A stretch of 63,280 bases of DNA, counting the filler, from Folioceros fuciformis (Eukaryota): NCBI GenBank assembly GCA_049999805.1. It is 8 parts of 8 records of this genome, joined end to end, with 100 filler letters (N's around TTAATTAATTAA, not from the genome) between each part and the next. Parts side by side here need not be neighbours in the genome. Positions count along the whole stretch, not along the records: positions 1 to 9,577 come from JBNGIO010003594.1; positions 9,678 to 16,758 come from JBNGIO010003596.1; 6 more parts are not named here. One strand, given 5' to 3'. The position numbers and the translations under genes were made by a program. Of the stretch, positions 1 to 11,360 are shown piece after piece. Under the pieces are notes generated by a model. It made no database searches, was not told the DNA's origin, and saw nothing but the letters and a program-made list of their open reading frames with translations. Every line of letters begins with the position of its first letter. Within the stretch, counting starts at the first letter, position 1.

Positions 1-1482
1 CCCCTGCCCGTCTCTACCTATCTATTTATCTCTGTTCCATACATCATAATGTACATGCATGCGTTCCTGCATATGCTTCCATGGGCTGCCTTTGCATGTA
101 CATACATGTACTGTACGTAGCTTGTGGAACTGTAGACTCTCTCACTGCCCCGGGGGCCGGGGCTTCTTGGAAAGTAAAGTAAAGTAGAAGGCGCCATTGT
201 GTGACGTGCGGGCTCGTGTCTGTCCACTGTCGTCTGTCGTCTCTCGTTTGCTGCGTGTGTGTGTCTTGTCCCGTTCCGTTCTGTCCCGTCCCTCCCCGTC
301 CCGTCTGCTGTCGTGCGGCCGTCTGCTGCCACCGGCCACACCCTGTTCCGTTCCAGCTCCAGTCCTGCCCCATCCCCCAGCACCAGCACCAGCACCAGCA
401 CCAGCCCCAGCCCNNNNNNNNNNNNNNNNNNNNNNNNNNNNNNNNNNNNNNNNNNNNNNNNNNNNNNNNNNNNNNNNNNNNNNNNNNNNNNNNNNNNNNN
501 NNNNNNNNNNNNNCCAGCCCCAGCCAAGATCTGGCAGGATCGGTTCCAGGCCCCAATAAAAGAAGGTAGGTGACGTTCTGCCAACCAACCGCCCTGCGAT
601 TGGATCTCCCGCAGATTATATACCCCAAATACTTTCTTTTCTATCTTTTTCCTATCTCAATCATATCCCTCCACGGACACGCTTTGTACACCTGCTCTAC
701 TCTCCTGTACCACGGTACTACTACCCTTTTTTTCCTCCCCCACCTTCCTCTTTTACTCGCACATCCACCTATCATTATCCCCCTATCTTCCATTTCACAT
801 GTAAGCATAAATTGTGTGCCCTCAACAAAAGTTTAATATTTTTTATAATATTAATAATTTAATATCATCATCTTATGATTCGAGTTCAATGCCTTTCACA
901 ACATCTTTCATATGCCTTTCCTTATTTTTTTAAATAATAAAAAATATTAGAAATGATGTTTCACCACATGCGTGTTCATGATCTATTCAAAATTTATCAT
1001 CAGAATATTCATAATCCTCACTACCTACTACTATTCCAAGTCGACAAACAAACTGCCAACAAAATCACCCCTTCATCATAATGTCCACTTTTGAGACCTC
1101 TACCATAAAAATACATACTATTATTTATTACCTTGAGAAAAACTTTTATCGATGTACTTGAATACTTTCTCAAAGGGACCATAATCACATGATATGTAAT
1201 TGTACTTCATAATTTACTCTTACTTATCCTTCACTTAATAGAGTAAGCAATTATAGTACTTCTTTGATCTACCTTGAGTCTTACTTATCTTTCATTTAAT
1301 GCATCACAAGAATCATTTGATTAAGTCTCTTTTACCTTGTATGTTTGTATGTGATACTCCGTCTAAAATTCAATGTAACCACACTATTTAGTGCATTTGC
1401 AACTTACCCTAATGGAGCTTACATGTACTTGCAACTTATCCAGCTCACCTTGTTGCTCAAAACTCCATAAATTCCATTCTAC

Positions 1483-1700
1483 ATTAGACATCTTTAACCT
1501 TATATTCCAAAGTACAATCAATCAAATTCATACATAACTCAATCCATCATTCTCATTAGACATCTTCAACCTTAAATTCCAAAGTATTATCAATCAAATT
1601 CGTACATAACTCAATCCATCATTTTTATTAGATATCTTTAACCTTATATTCCAAAGTACTATCAATCAAATTCGTACATAACTCAATCTATCAATCCATT
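1483..1700. repeat. Three tandem copies of a 72-bp AT-rich unit
   Basis: Unit attagacatctttaaccttatattccaaagtac...tcaatccatc starts at 1483, 1555 and 1627; no ORF of 60 aa or more covers it. Confidence 0.9.
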
Positions 1701-2499
1701 AAGGTAATAAATGGGAAAAAGAATATATTTTTTTCACCTTGTTATTTGAGGACCAAATATGACAAATTCTATAACTTACATCTCCAAATAAATCTCAGAT
1801 TTAGGGATAAATACTACCACACCTAATTATGTCACATAGTGCTCTTTTTTTTTCTGAAACTAACAATAAGTATATATAAATATGAAATGGTATAGACTCT
1901 TTGTTGAGAATTGACCAAGTGGCTTTATAGATTGGTCTTTCTCCGTGCCATCATGTTTCTTAAAGAGCTATCCTTTCATACCTTGGTCTAGTTGTAAATA
2001 ACTTTGAGTTTTATGCATGTTACTTTCGTATTAAATTAATTTAAGTTTGCATAATTTTATATTAATATTTAAGATTCATACACTTTGGTTGCTTATCTAA
2101 GTACCTTTGGTTGCTTATCTAAGTACCTTTTAATACAATGTAAGTTTCATAACTAAATAATTCTTAACTTGAGTTTTATAAACTTCAGTAACATCCAAAT
2201 ACTTTTGAACTCGTGTTCTTTCTATAAGTAAACTTTATTATTTAGAATTCCATATATACCGCTCTCATCAAAACAAGTTTGATATTGCAAATTCATTATA
2301 CAATTCATTTACACTATAAGCTCTAAACTTAATATTCTATAACATAATAATTTTGTATGATGTAAGTTCCATACAAGTTAATTCTTGAGCTCAATTTCTT
2401 ACGCGATGATTTTATACTCAAGTGATTTTCAACTTAAATTTTATACAACTAAGTTTCATATTCAAATATTTTTTAACTTGAGTTTCCTATACACTAGTT

Positions 2500-3725
2500 C
2501 TAAATCTAAGTTATTCTTAAATGAAGTTCAATACCCAGAATTCCTTATGCTAACATTTCAAGTTTTATACACGTTAGTTCCATATCTAAATAAATTTCAA
2601 CTTGAGTTACATCTACGCTAGTTCCATGTCTAAGTAAATATGAATTAGAGCTCCATGTGTGCTAGTTCCATATCTAAGTATATCTTAATTAAAGTTCCAT
2701 ATATGCTAGTTCCATACCTAAGTATATCTTAATCAAAGTTCCATATACACTAATTCTTAATTAAAGTTCTATATATGTTAGTTCCATACCTACATATATC
2801 TTAATCAAAGTTCCATACACGCTAGTTCCATATGTAAATATATGTTATTTAATTAAGATTTTATTCACGCTAGATCCATATCTAAGTATATATTAATTAA
2901 AGCTTCATACACGCTAGTTCCATACCTACGTATATCTTAATTAAAGTTCCATACACGCTAGTTCCATAGTTCTATATTTAAAGTATATTTTAATTAAAGT
3001 TCCATACACGTTAGTTCCATATCTATATATATTTTAATTAAAGTTTCATACATGCTAGTTCCATATCTAAGTATATCTTAATTAAAGTTCCATACATGTT
3101 AGTTCCATGTGATTCCACATAAATCTCAATAACAATTTTATGCATGCTTCTTCCATGTAACTTAAAATGAATCTCAATAACAGTTCCATACACGTGATTT
3201 TTGTGTGACCCCACATGAATCTCAACCCCAGTTCCATGCACATTATTTTTATGTGACTCCACATGAATGTCAACTTTAATTCCATGTAAATCATTTTTAT
3301 GTAACTACACGTAATTCAACTACAGTTCCATGCATGCTAGTTCTATGTAACTTAAGCAAATTTCAACTGCAATTCCATTTACACTAGTTCCATATGACTC
3401 TGAGTGAATTTCAACTATAGTTCCGTTTACACTTAGCTCCATGTAACTCCAAGTAAATCTTAGCTAGAGTTCCATGCACGCTAACTTCACATGACTCAAA
3501 GCAAATCTTCGTTATAGTTCCATGCACGTTAATTCCATGTGACTCCAAGCAAATTTGACCAACAATTCTATACACGCTATCTCCATGTGACTCCAAGCAA
3601 ATCTCACTAATAATTCCATGCAGACTAGCTCCACGTGACTCCAAGCAAATCTTACCAACAATTCCATGCACGCTAGCTTCATGTGACTCCAAGCAAATCT
3701 CACTAACAATTCCATGCACGCTAGC
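2500..3725. repeat. Graded minisatellite array (44-bp units on the left grading to 48-bp units on the right)
   Basis: aaagttccat recurs at 2691 and 2735 (44 bp); attccatgca recurs at 3661 and 3709 (48 bp). The shared core is gttccat...cacgctagttccat. The 16-aa periodic minus-strand ORFs 3411-3719 and 3512-3781 are by-products of the 48-bp period. Confidence 0.9.
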
Positions 3726-4067
3726 TCCTCAAGCGCCACTTTTATTACAAGTTCTTGATGTTTCATATAATGGAATCCCATAAGAAAGTATTTTTATGGG
3801 ATCGCTAGGGCCAACGTTAGCTCCAGATATAATTTAGCATGCCAAACTAGTATGCATTTGAGCTTATTTACGCATTGACTCTATATTGCACTATTTCACA
3901 GTTCTAAATCCTAAATTAATCATTTTTTGTTTTCACATATTTCACTAGTATTTGATCCTTCTAGTGCACTATACCAACAATGTTGCCTAAGTGACTTCAA
4001 ATTGATTAATGATCTCTCAAAATTCACTTTTGAATTTAGAGTCCCAGTATATTTATAATTTTGGGTT

Positions 4068-4287
4068 TAGGGTACTTTATACAAACATTTATCATCATTA
4101 CGTTTGTAATGCAATAGTGAAACCATAAAAAAAATGCACTTAGTGGTGATAGAGCAGAGTCATAATGTATTTATCACGTAGGGTACTTTATACAAACATT
4201 TATCATCATTACGTTTGTAATGCAATAGTTAAACCATAAAAAGATGCACTTAGTGGTGATAGAGCAGAGTCATAATGTATTTATCAC
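4068..4287. repeat. Near-perfect ~110-bp tandem duplication
   Basis: tagggtactttatacaaacatt...cataatgtatttatcac occurs at 4068 and again at 4179. Confidence 0.95.
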
Positions 4288-4941
4288 AATAACCATCTTT
4301 TGCTTTTTTTTAAATAAGCTTTTCCGTTACATCAACTTATGTATGTATGCAGGAGAGAGAGTTAGATATGCATTGTCTACATGATTTTGTATCAAATGGG
4401 ATAATATGATTGTACTTATTGTGTAATTAACTACATAGCAAGCTAGTTGAAAAGACATAACAGGTCACATTGTATATGACATAAAACCTACTTATAAAGT
4501 AGCTGTCATCTATTGCGAAAAAGCAAATAGCAAATACAATGTGTTTGTTATTGCATATGTATTTATAATGTTTTTTGCAATTCCTTATTGCCAGATGAGA
4601 CAATGTAAACTATAATGAATCTCTTTTTTTACATGTGCTGAACAATGAGATATTGAAACAACCTATAGTATAACGACCTATTGTATAATAAAGGGGAATC
4701 TGCTTTCTAAAAAGACTTCTGACTTTAATGTATATAGAAAACAGAAATTATTTATAAATTGTGTTAACGTTGATTGAGCTTCAAATTTTTTGTTGTACAA
4801 AGAATTTATTGTCTTGCTGTTTCTTCTATACATATTAGATAATTAACTAGGCTTGTAATGAGTAAACTCTGCTAGTAATATGTTTGGAGTTTTAGGCTTA
4901 GGATATGGCCCTAACACCTGCATGTAAATAAGAGGTGTCAT

Positions 4942-5092
4942 GATCTTGATTAGTTTTTAAAGTCATTGACTTTATCTTAGATTGCTGGAATATAAGTTTG
5001 ATCTTAATTTGTTCTTAAAGTCATTGACTTTACCTTATATTTAATTTGTTCTTAAAGTCATTGACTTTACCTTAGATTGCTACAATATAAGT
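4942..5092. repeat. Three partial tandem copies of a ~58-bp unit
   Basis: ttaaagtcattgacttta repeats three times, with ttagattgct..aatataagtt twice. Confidence 0.8.
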
Positions 5093-7304
5093 TCACTTTA
5101 AACAGATATGTGCTATAACTAAACTATAACTAAACTATCCAATTTTAGGTAGTATAGATCAATAAAATACATAAATATATTTGATTTACATAAGGGATCC
5201 TTTGTTATCATATTAAGTTTTAAGTTTGTTATTTAATGGTTGTTTGATGTAAAAGTAGATTTTATCAAGCATTTATATAATAAATATTGAATTGAAAATT
5301 AAATTAAATTAATTTTCTATATAATTAAAGTTAGTTTAAAAATATTCAGCTCAATCATTTCATAAAGCTTTTGCTTATGAAACAAATGACATCATTTTAT
5401 GTTATTGATTTGTAGAAAACAAGTAAAATAATGACTAATGAACAAGCACATGTTAATTATTTTAGAAAAGTAAGATGGAAACCTATCTACAAATAGAGAG
5501 AAGAAGATAAACCATGATAGGGACACTAAGGGCTCATCCCTAAAAGAATAATGATTTGTAAAGAATTGAAACATTGTGTTCTAGAAACTTAAATATTAGT
5601 TGTAGTAAATAATGACTATAATATTCATCAAAATAATATATTATTTATAAACAAATTATTTATTTTATTCGTAAAATATAATTTAATATAAATTATTATG
5701 TATATACAAAAGAATTATGGGTTGTTAAAATATAGAAAGACATCTTTATACAAAGCTTTGTGCGAGCCAAAAGAAAGGAGATTGCAAAGAATATAAGTTT
5801 TGGATGAGAAAATAAACCAATATGTTCACCTTCTCAAAAGCTTGGTATGTTCCTTTATTTGCTTTATGCTTGATGTTTGTAAATCATATCTAAGAGCAAT
5901 CATCCTAATGAGTAGTAACTACTAATACTATTATATTAATACATAGCAAAACATGCATACATGGTCATTAGCCATAGCATAGTGGGTCAAATGTACTTAG
6001 TTGCATTTAATACATTGCCGGGGTTGTGGTATTTGGGGCGTAAAGTGTGATGAGTCACGATCATGTCGTTGGTAAGGCATAAGGCGTACCATGAACTGCA
6101 AGTCGTGTAACATACGGGTAGAACTCGAGGTTGATGTGAGAATAGGTACTATCAGATGTTGTGGATTAAAGCTGGGTTTATGGTGACATGATGTGTCTGA
6201 TGAATAGAACATCATGTGAGTGTTATGTGAACGAGGTCGACATAAATGCCATATCAAAACTAGAGAGAGAGAAAGAGAGTTGTAACTAGTCAGGTTGGGT
6301 AGGGATACCTAGGCTTGGAAGAACTCACAGGGTCGGGTCGGGTCACTTGCCCATAGCACGATCACACCCGTGAGACTATATCCAGATTGAAAAGTACAGT
6401 ACGAAGAGAAGACATATAATGAAGCTTGCGGGCGTGGGCGAGGTTGGATGCGCCAAGTTACCCATGCGGACGTACAAATATGGTTTACTCACACGGAACA
6501 TGTGACTAAGAGACAGACGATCAATCGAGATATGTATGATAAGATTCGAGAATGACTTGCCATGTAGGATATGGTGTGATTCATGGTGTAAGGTAGATAT
6601 GAAGTAGAATGGATATGATGCATTGTGGGATGGCTGGTAGAAATAAAAGGTTTTTTTTTTACTATATGGTGGGATATGATGGAAGATGTGAGTTGTTTGG
6701 ACGGATATGGGGATGGACGTCTTTGATTGTTTAGACTCGGGTGAGGCTGGAAAGGTAAAGGTTGTATGAGGTTAAGGGAAGGGAAGGGCAGATCACTGAC
6801 CAAAATTGTTTGACTACGGCTGGGGAGGACGGAGGGGTCGGGTCATGGCGTGCGTGTGGAGCATGGCGTATGGCTTGCCGCGAGTGCCAGCGAGCTGTCG
6901 TGTGGCGTCCGCTCTGCTCTGCTCTTGCTGTGCTGTTCTGTGCCTTCTGCGTCTGCGCCTGCGTCTGCCCTCTGCGCCTGCCCTCTTGCCTCCTGCGTCT
7001 GCCTTCTGCGCCTACGTCTGCGTCTGCGTCTGCGTCTCGTCTGCCTTCTGTGTCCACGTCCGAGTCCGCGTCCTCGTCTGCGCCTGCGTCTTGGCAGTCC
7101 TCTCGTCTGTGGTGAGCCTCCGACCCCGACTACGACCGACTGACCGGATGCGTAAAAGAGTGGAAGGCAGTGGCAGGAATATTAATAAGTATGCAGCAGA
7201 TGGCAGGGCAGCATAGAGGAGAGGCGAGGGGGAGAGGTGGAGAGGGAGGAGAGGAGGTGCGGGTGCACAAAACACGACTTTATTGAACCCTGAGCCTGGC
7301 CTAT

Positions 7305-7332
7305 GCCTGCTCCTGTGCCTGCTCCTGTGCCT

Positions 7333-7363
<31 letters not shown>

Positions 7364-7655
7364 CGCCTGCGCTCCTGCGTCTACCTGTGCCCCTGCCCCT
7401 GCCCCTGTCTGTGCGTGATGCAAATTCACGAGGCCGGCAACGGAAGACGAAAGCAAATGGAAATGGAAGCCCCCGTTCCTCCCTCCCCGTTGGGAAGGAA
7501 AGAGCCGGGCCGTCAAGTGGCAGTGAGACGAGGGGTACAGTGCATCCATGGCGATGCATTATGCAGGCACTGTTTGGTCATGCACCCCCGCCAAGCCGGG
7601 CCAAGGCAAAGGCAAAGGCAAAGGCAAAGGCAAAGGCAAAGGCAAAGGCAAAGGC
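7305..7655. repeat. Hexamer microsatellites (GCCTGT)n and (GGCAAA)n upstream of the BES1 gene
   Basis: Directly visible at ~7305-7410 and 7603-7655; they generate spurious dipeptide-repeat ORFs. Confidence 0.9.
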
Positions 7656-8642
7656 TCAGACTCTTGAGAGCCAAGGCCGGCCCGCCTTGGCGCTAGGTCA
7701 TGCAATGCAACACGGGCGCGCCAAAATCTCCATCATTCAACTAGGCCATTACCCGTGACACTCCACCCCTACGGCGTCCTCGTATACTACTACGCTTTGT
7801 GAGATGATGCCTGTGGGTGTACCAGAGGGAGGATGGAGTGCAAGCCAAGACGGACAAGCCAAGTAGCTGCTGCAGCGCGGCGTGGGCCGACACTGACAAT
7901 TTTACTGCGGCGACTGCTGTTTTCACGGCCCCCTTCCCCCCACCTTCCCTCCCGTATGCAACCATGCCCGCTTCGGTCCCGAGCCTCTCTCTTCTCTCTA
8001 CCTCCCTCCAAGCCGCTTCTGCTCGCCCTCGCCTTCTCTCTCGCCTCTCCTCCTCCTTTCTCGCTGTGCGCTCTGTGCTGTGTGCTGTGCCTTGTACCTA
8101 CTGCTACCGCTGCGCTTGTTCGCGCCCTCCACTCTCCGCTCTCCGCCCGGCCCCGCGCACTGCCTTGCCTCCGCCTTGCCGCTTTGCTCTTGCCTGCCTG
8201 GCCTGCTTTGCTCTTGCTTCTCCTGCTCCCGGTCCTGCTCCTCTCGCCAGATCTGTCTCTCGCGCGCTCTCCTCCACCTTCTCCTTCTCCCTCTCCGCCT
8301 CGCCCTCGGCCTCTTCTCACTTGTGCAACTTCGCTTCGCTTGCCGTCTCCGTCTCCGTGTGTCCTCGTGTGAACGTGTGTGCGACTGCTGCATTCCGTGC
8401 TGCACCATCCCAGCAGCGTAATTCTGTTTGGGCTCTGGAGTACATTCTTGCGGAAGATGCTCCTTCTCCTCAACGGGAGAGGGGGGTGACAGGAGGGGGG
8501 CCTGGGGGCGAAAGAGAGAAAAGCAGAGCAGAGCAGAGGGAGGCGGCGAGGAGCGAGAGCGCTGGTTTTGTCTCAAATTTTGCGCCTTCTTGGTGTCGGG
8601 ATTTGAGGAGGGAGACCTTCTTGTAAATTGGAGGCAAGGGAG

Positions 8643-9577
8643 ATGACCTCCGGTACTCGGGCTCCCACCTTGAAGGAGAGGGAGAACAACAAGCGCCGGG
8701 AGCGACGCAGGCGTGCAATTGCTGCAAAAATCTTTACCGGCCTGCGCCAACACGGCAACTACAAGCTCCCCAAGCACTGCGACAACAATGAGGTCCTCAA
8801 GGCGCTGTGCGCGGAAGCTGGCTGGACCGTGGAGTCTGACGGCACCACTTACCGGCCGGTATGTATGCACTGTCTTCGCCATCTCCCCCTTTCCCACTTG
8901 CTTGGACTGCCTGCCTTGCTTTCCTTTGCCTTTGCTGCAACGGTTGCTGGATCTGTGTGCAGATTTGACCAATGCTTTTGGTTGCTGCGTGTGCAGGGAA
9001 GCAAGCCAGCTTCCACCAGCATCACAGTGTGCACGTCCCCCTCCGACAGCCCCACTTCTTCTTACCCGGGGGCCAGCGAGGGCGCCTCGCTCATTCCCTG
9101 GCTCAAGGGGCTCTCCTCATCGGCAGCTGCAGCAGCAGCAGCGGCGGCGGCGGCGGCGGCGGCGGCGGCTGGCCACGGTGGGGCAGCGGGCACCGGCAGC
9201 GCCAGTAGTAGCAGCGGCCTTCCCCCGCTGCACGTGCTGCATGGCAACGGGGGGAGCAGCGCGCCTGTGACGCCGCCTCTGAGCTCTCCCACCAGTAAGC
9301 CACAGGTGAAGCCGGAGTGGGACAGGCCGGTGGAGGCGGGAGGCGTTGTCTCCGGGGCGGCTGCTGCCGTTCCTGCTGCTGGAGCCGGAGGTGGAGGAGC
9401 AGGAGCAGGAGTTCCTCCCAACTGCCCGGCCACCGTTTTCTCGCACATGAACGCGTGGCGCGTGCATCCCTGGTTGGCGGCAGCTGTCGCCGCCGACAGC
9501 AACCCGCCAATGCCCCCTCCCTACTTCCGCCCTCTGCCGACTGAAGCGACCGAGGTCTGCCTTCCGTCGCCGTCGGA
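8643..9577 (+). CDS. BES1/BZR1: BES1/BZR1-family transcription factor, 3'-truncated by scaffold end. Exon 1 8643-8858, intron 8859-8996, exon 2 from 8997
   Basis: [71 protein letters not shown] is the BES1_N DNA-binding domain. A GT..AG intron lies at the conserved position (TYRP|GSKP). SLIPWLKGL and [11 protein letters not shown] motifs follow, with a poly-Ala tract. Confidence 0.95.
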
Positions 9578-9677
9578 NNNNNNNNNNNNNNNNNNNNNNN
9601 NNNNNNNNNNNNNNNNNNNNNTTAATTAATTAANNNNNNNNNNNNNNNNNNNNNNNNNNNNNNNNNNNNNNNNNNNN
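9578..9677. other. Artificial scaffold linker (44N-TTAATTAATTAA-44N)
   Basis: Six-frame stop spacer; an identical structure occurs seven times in the window. Confidence 0.97.
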
Positions 9678-11360
9678 GGCAAGGCCGTGGACATACATGC
9701 TAGGGTGGTGACGGAGACGCATCTGGTGAGAAAGCCCCAGTGTCTGCTAGCAGCTTATCACGATCCCAAATACGTTTGCCACCTCTACGATGCAACAGAG
9801 GAGGAGTGCAAAATTGTCCAAGGTACGCCTTTTGCAGGCATAAGATCCCGACTTGCTCCGTTTGCTGTCCTCAGGCTTCATAATTTTCTGCATCCTCGTT
9901 GAATTGACGGGGCGATGTGCAGAAAACACACTCTCGCAGATGGAAAAATCGAAGCTACAGCGCCAAGAGACGGATCGAGACCTGCGTCTGAAAATGTTAG
10001 CAGACACCAGATTAAAGGACAGTAACTTTCCTTATCGATGGAAGGAGAAAATGGAGGATCCCCGAACTTGCATGGTGTTTTCCTTGCTCTTGATGCCTTA
10101 CCAGCCTCAAAAGCTAACCAGCGTGTATATGGATGTCGAAGAAACTTCGGCAAGGGCTATGGCATGGCTGACAGCTGCTCAACGTTCCGGTGTTCCGATT
10201 GCCTTTGTCAACATTCAGACGGAGCCTTTCATCTTGCAGGTCTACTCCAGCTTTCCACGTTCGAGCCACCATTGAGTTCATCTTTTCCTGTGCATCATGG
10301 ACTGGTTCTCACAGGAGCAATGGGATTTTGCAGGGACCTGGCTTCAGGGCCACAGGTCTCAGAAAACAAGATCCCGAAACCATCGCAAACTTAGGGCTGT
10401 ACAATGTCCAACCACACGATGGGTTGGACATCGACATCCTTCGGGCCGTACGGCTATGGTATGTGCCAGCCTTAGCGGAGCTGGCCGTCAATCTCCAGCC
10501 CAATCCAGGGGAAGCGCGACTAGGATTGAGCATAGACCGCACACCAGAGGTAACGCAGTTCGGATGTCTTGAATGAAAAGCCATTGACGCGGTTGAGGAT
10601 GTGACTTCTTCGTACATGCCATCACCATCTGTGTTTTGTGTTTTAGGGGTTTTGCCATGTTTCGGCCGTAGACGAGAGCATGGGCACACCGGCTGGTAGG
10701 GCTGGCCTGAGTGGGCTGTACCAGAAAGCCTTACGGGCAAACAAGCAGCTAGTCATATCCAGAGTGGGAGGCGTGAAGGTGACGCCATGGTTTGTGGATT
10801 CCAGTGGGGACATTCGAAGTTGCGACACAACAACTATCCGCAACAAGCTGCGGTTACATCTACAGGCGGGCGAGCCTGTGCAGCTTCACTTCATTCTCTG
10901 GGAGGGAAGATTCGACGACCTCACTTCCGCGTCCACGTCCGCGTTCGTGCCCGAGATCGTGCCCCCTACAGCGGTGCAGGAGATTGTCCCACTGGGCTCG
11001 CAGACCGCGGACGTTGACCGCTGTCCTCTACAAGCTCCGTTGGCGGATGAGGAGCCTCCCACGGTAACGTCCTGTCGGGTCGCGGACTCTGTTGTGGCAT
11101 CTGGGAAGGGGCAGTTGCAACAGATGGTAAGCCTCGGACCGTCTGAATCGGAGCTTGTCGAGAGACCTCCCGGCTCCAACCGGTTCCGGGTTGCGCCCGA
11201 GCCTTGGGCCACTTCTTCTGGACTCTGCGATCGGTTCGATGAAAACGCTGAGTCGTTCAGGTTTGAAGCGCTCGATGCCGGATTTCACAGCGAACATCCT
11301 AATAGTATTCCATGGATGGGCAGTGGCCACTATTCTTCACCTGCCTTCAATTCGCTCTGA
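9678..11360 (+). CDS. Uncharacterised plant-family protein with PDZ-like C-terminal region, 5'-truncated. Exons 9678-9822, 9875-10239, 10334-10549, 10647-11360
   Basis: Phase-consistent GT-AG introns of 52, 94 and 97 nt. Motifs SARAMAW...SGVPIAFVNIQTE, DIDILRAVRLWY, LGLSIDRTPEGFCHVSAV and LVISRV...KVTPWFV..SGDIRSCDT match a conserved land-plant family of unknown function as I recall it. Confidence 0.8.

Noticed and set aside
3411-3781. 16-aa repeat proteins encoded by the 48-bp array
   Set aside because: Two frames are equally open and neighbouring units shift to 44 bp, breaking the frame; there is no sign of coding constraint.
6731-8626. Many long overlapping ORFs upstream of BES1 (and similar ones at 18-628 and 52557-54329)
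   Set aside because: They arise from GC-rich microsatellite or low-complexity DNA that lacks stops; they encode dipeptide repeats with no domain signal.
9622-9633. Recurrent palindrome TTAATTAATTAA as a biological motif
   Set aside because: It is always centred in 44+44 N; it is a six-frame stop linker.
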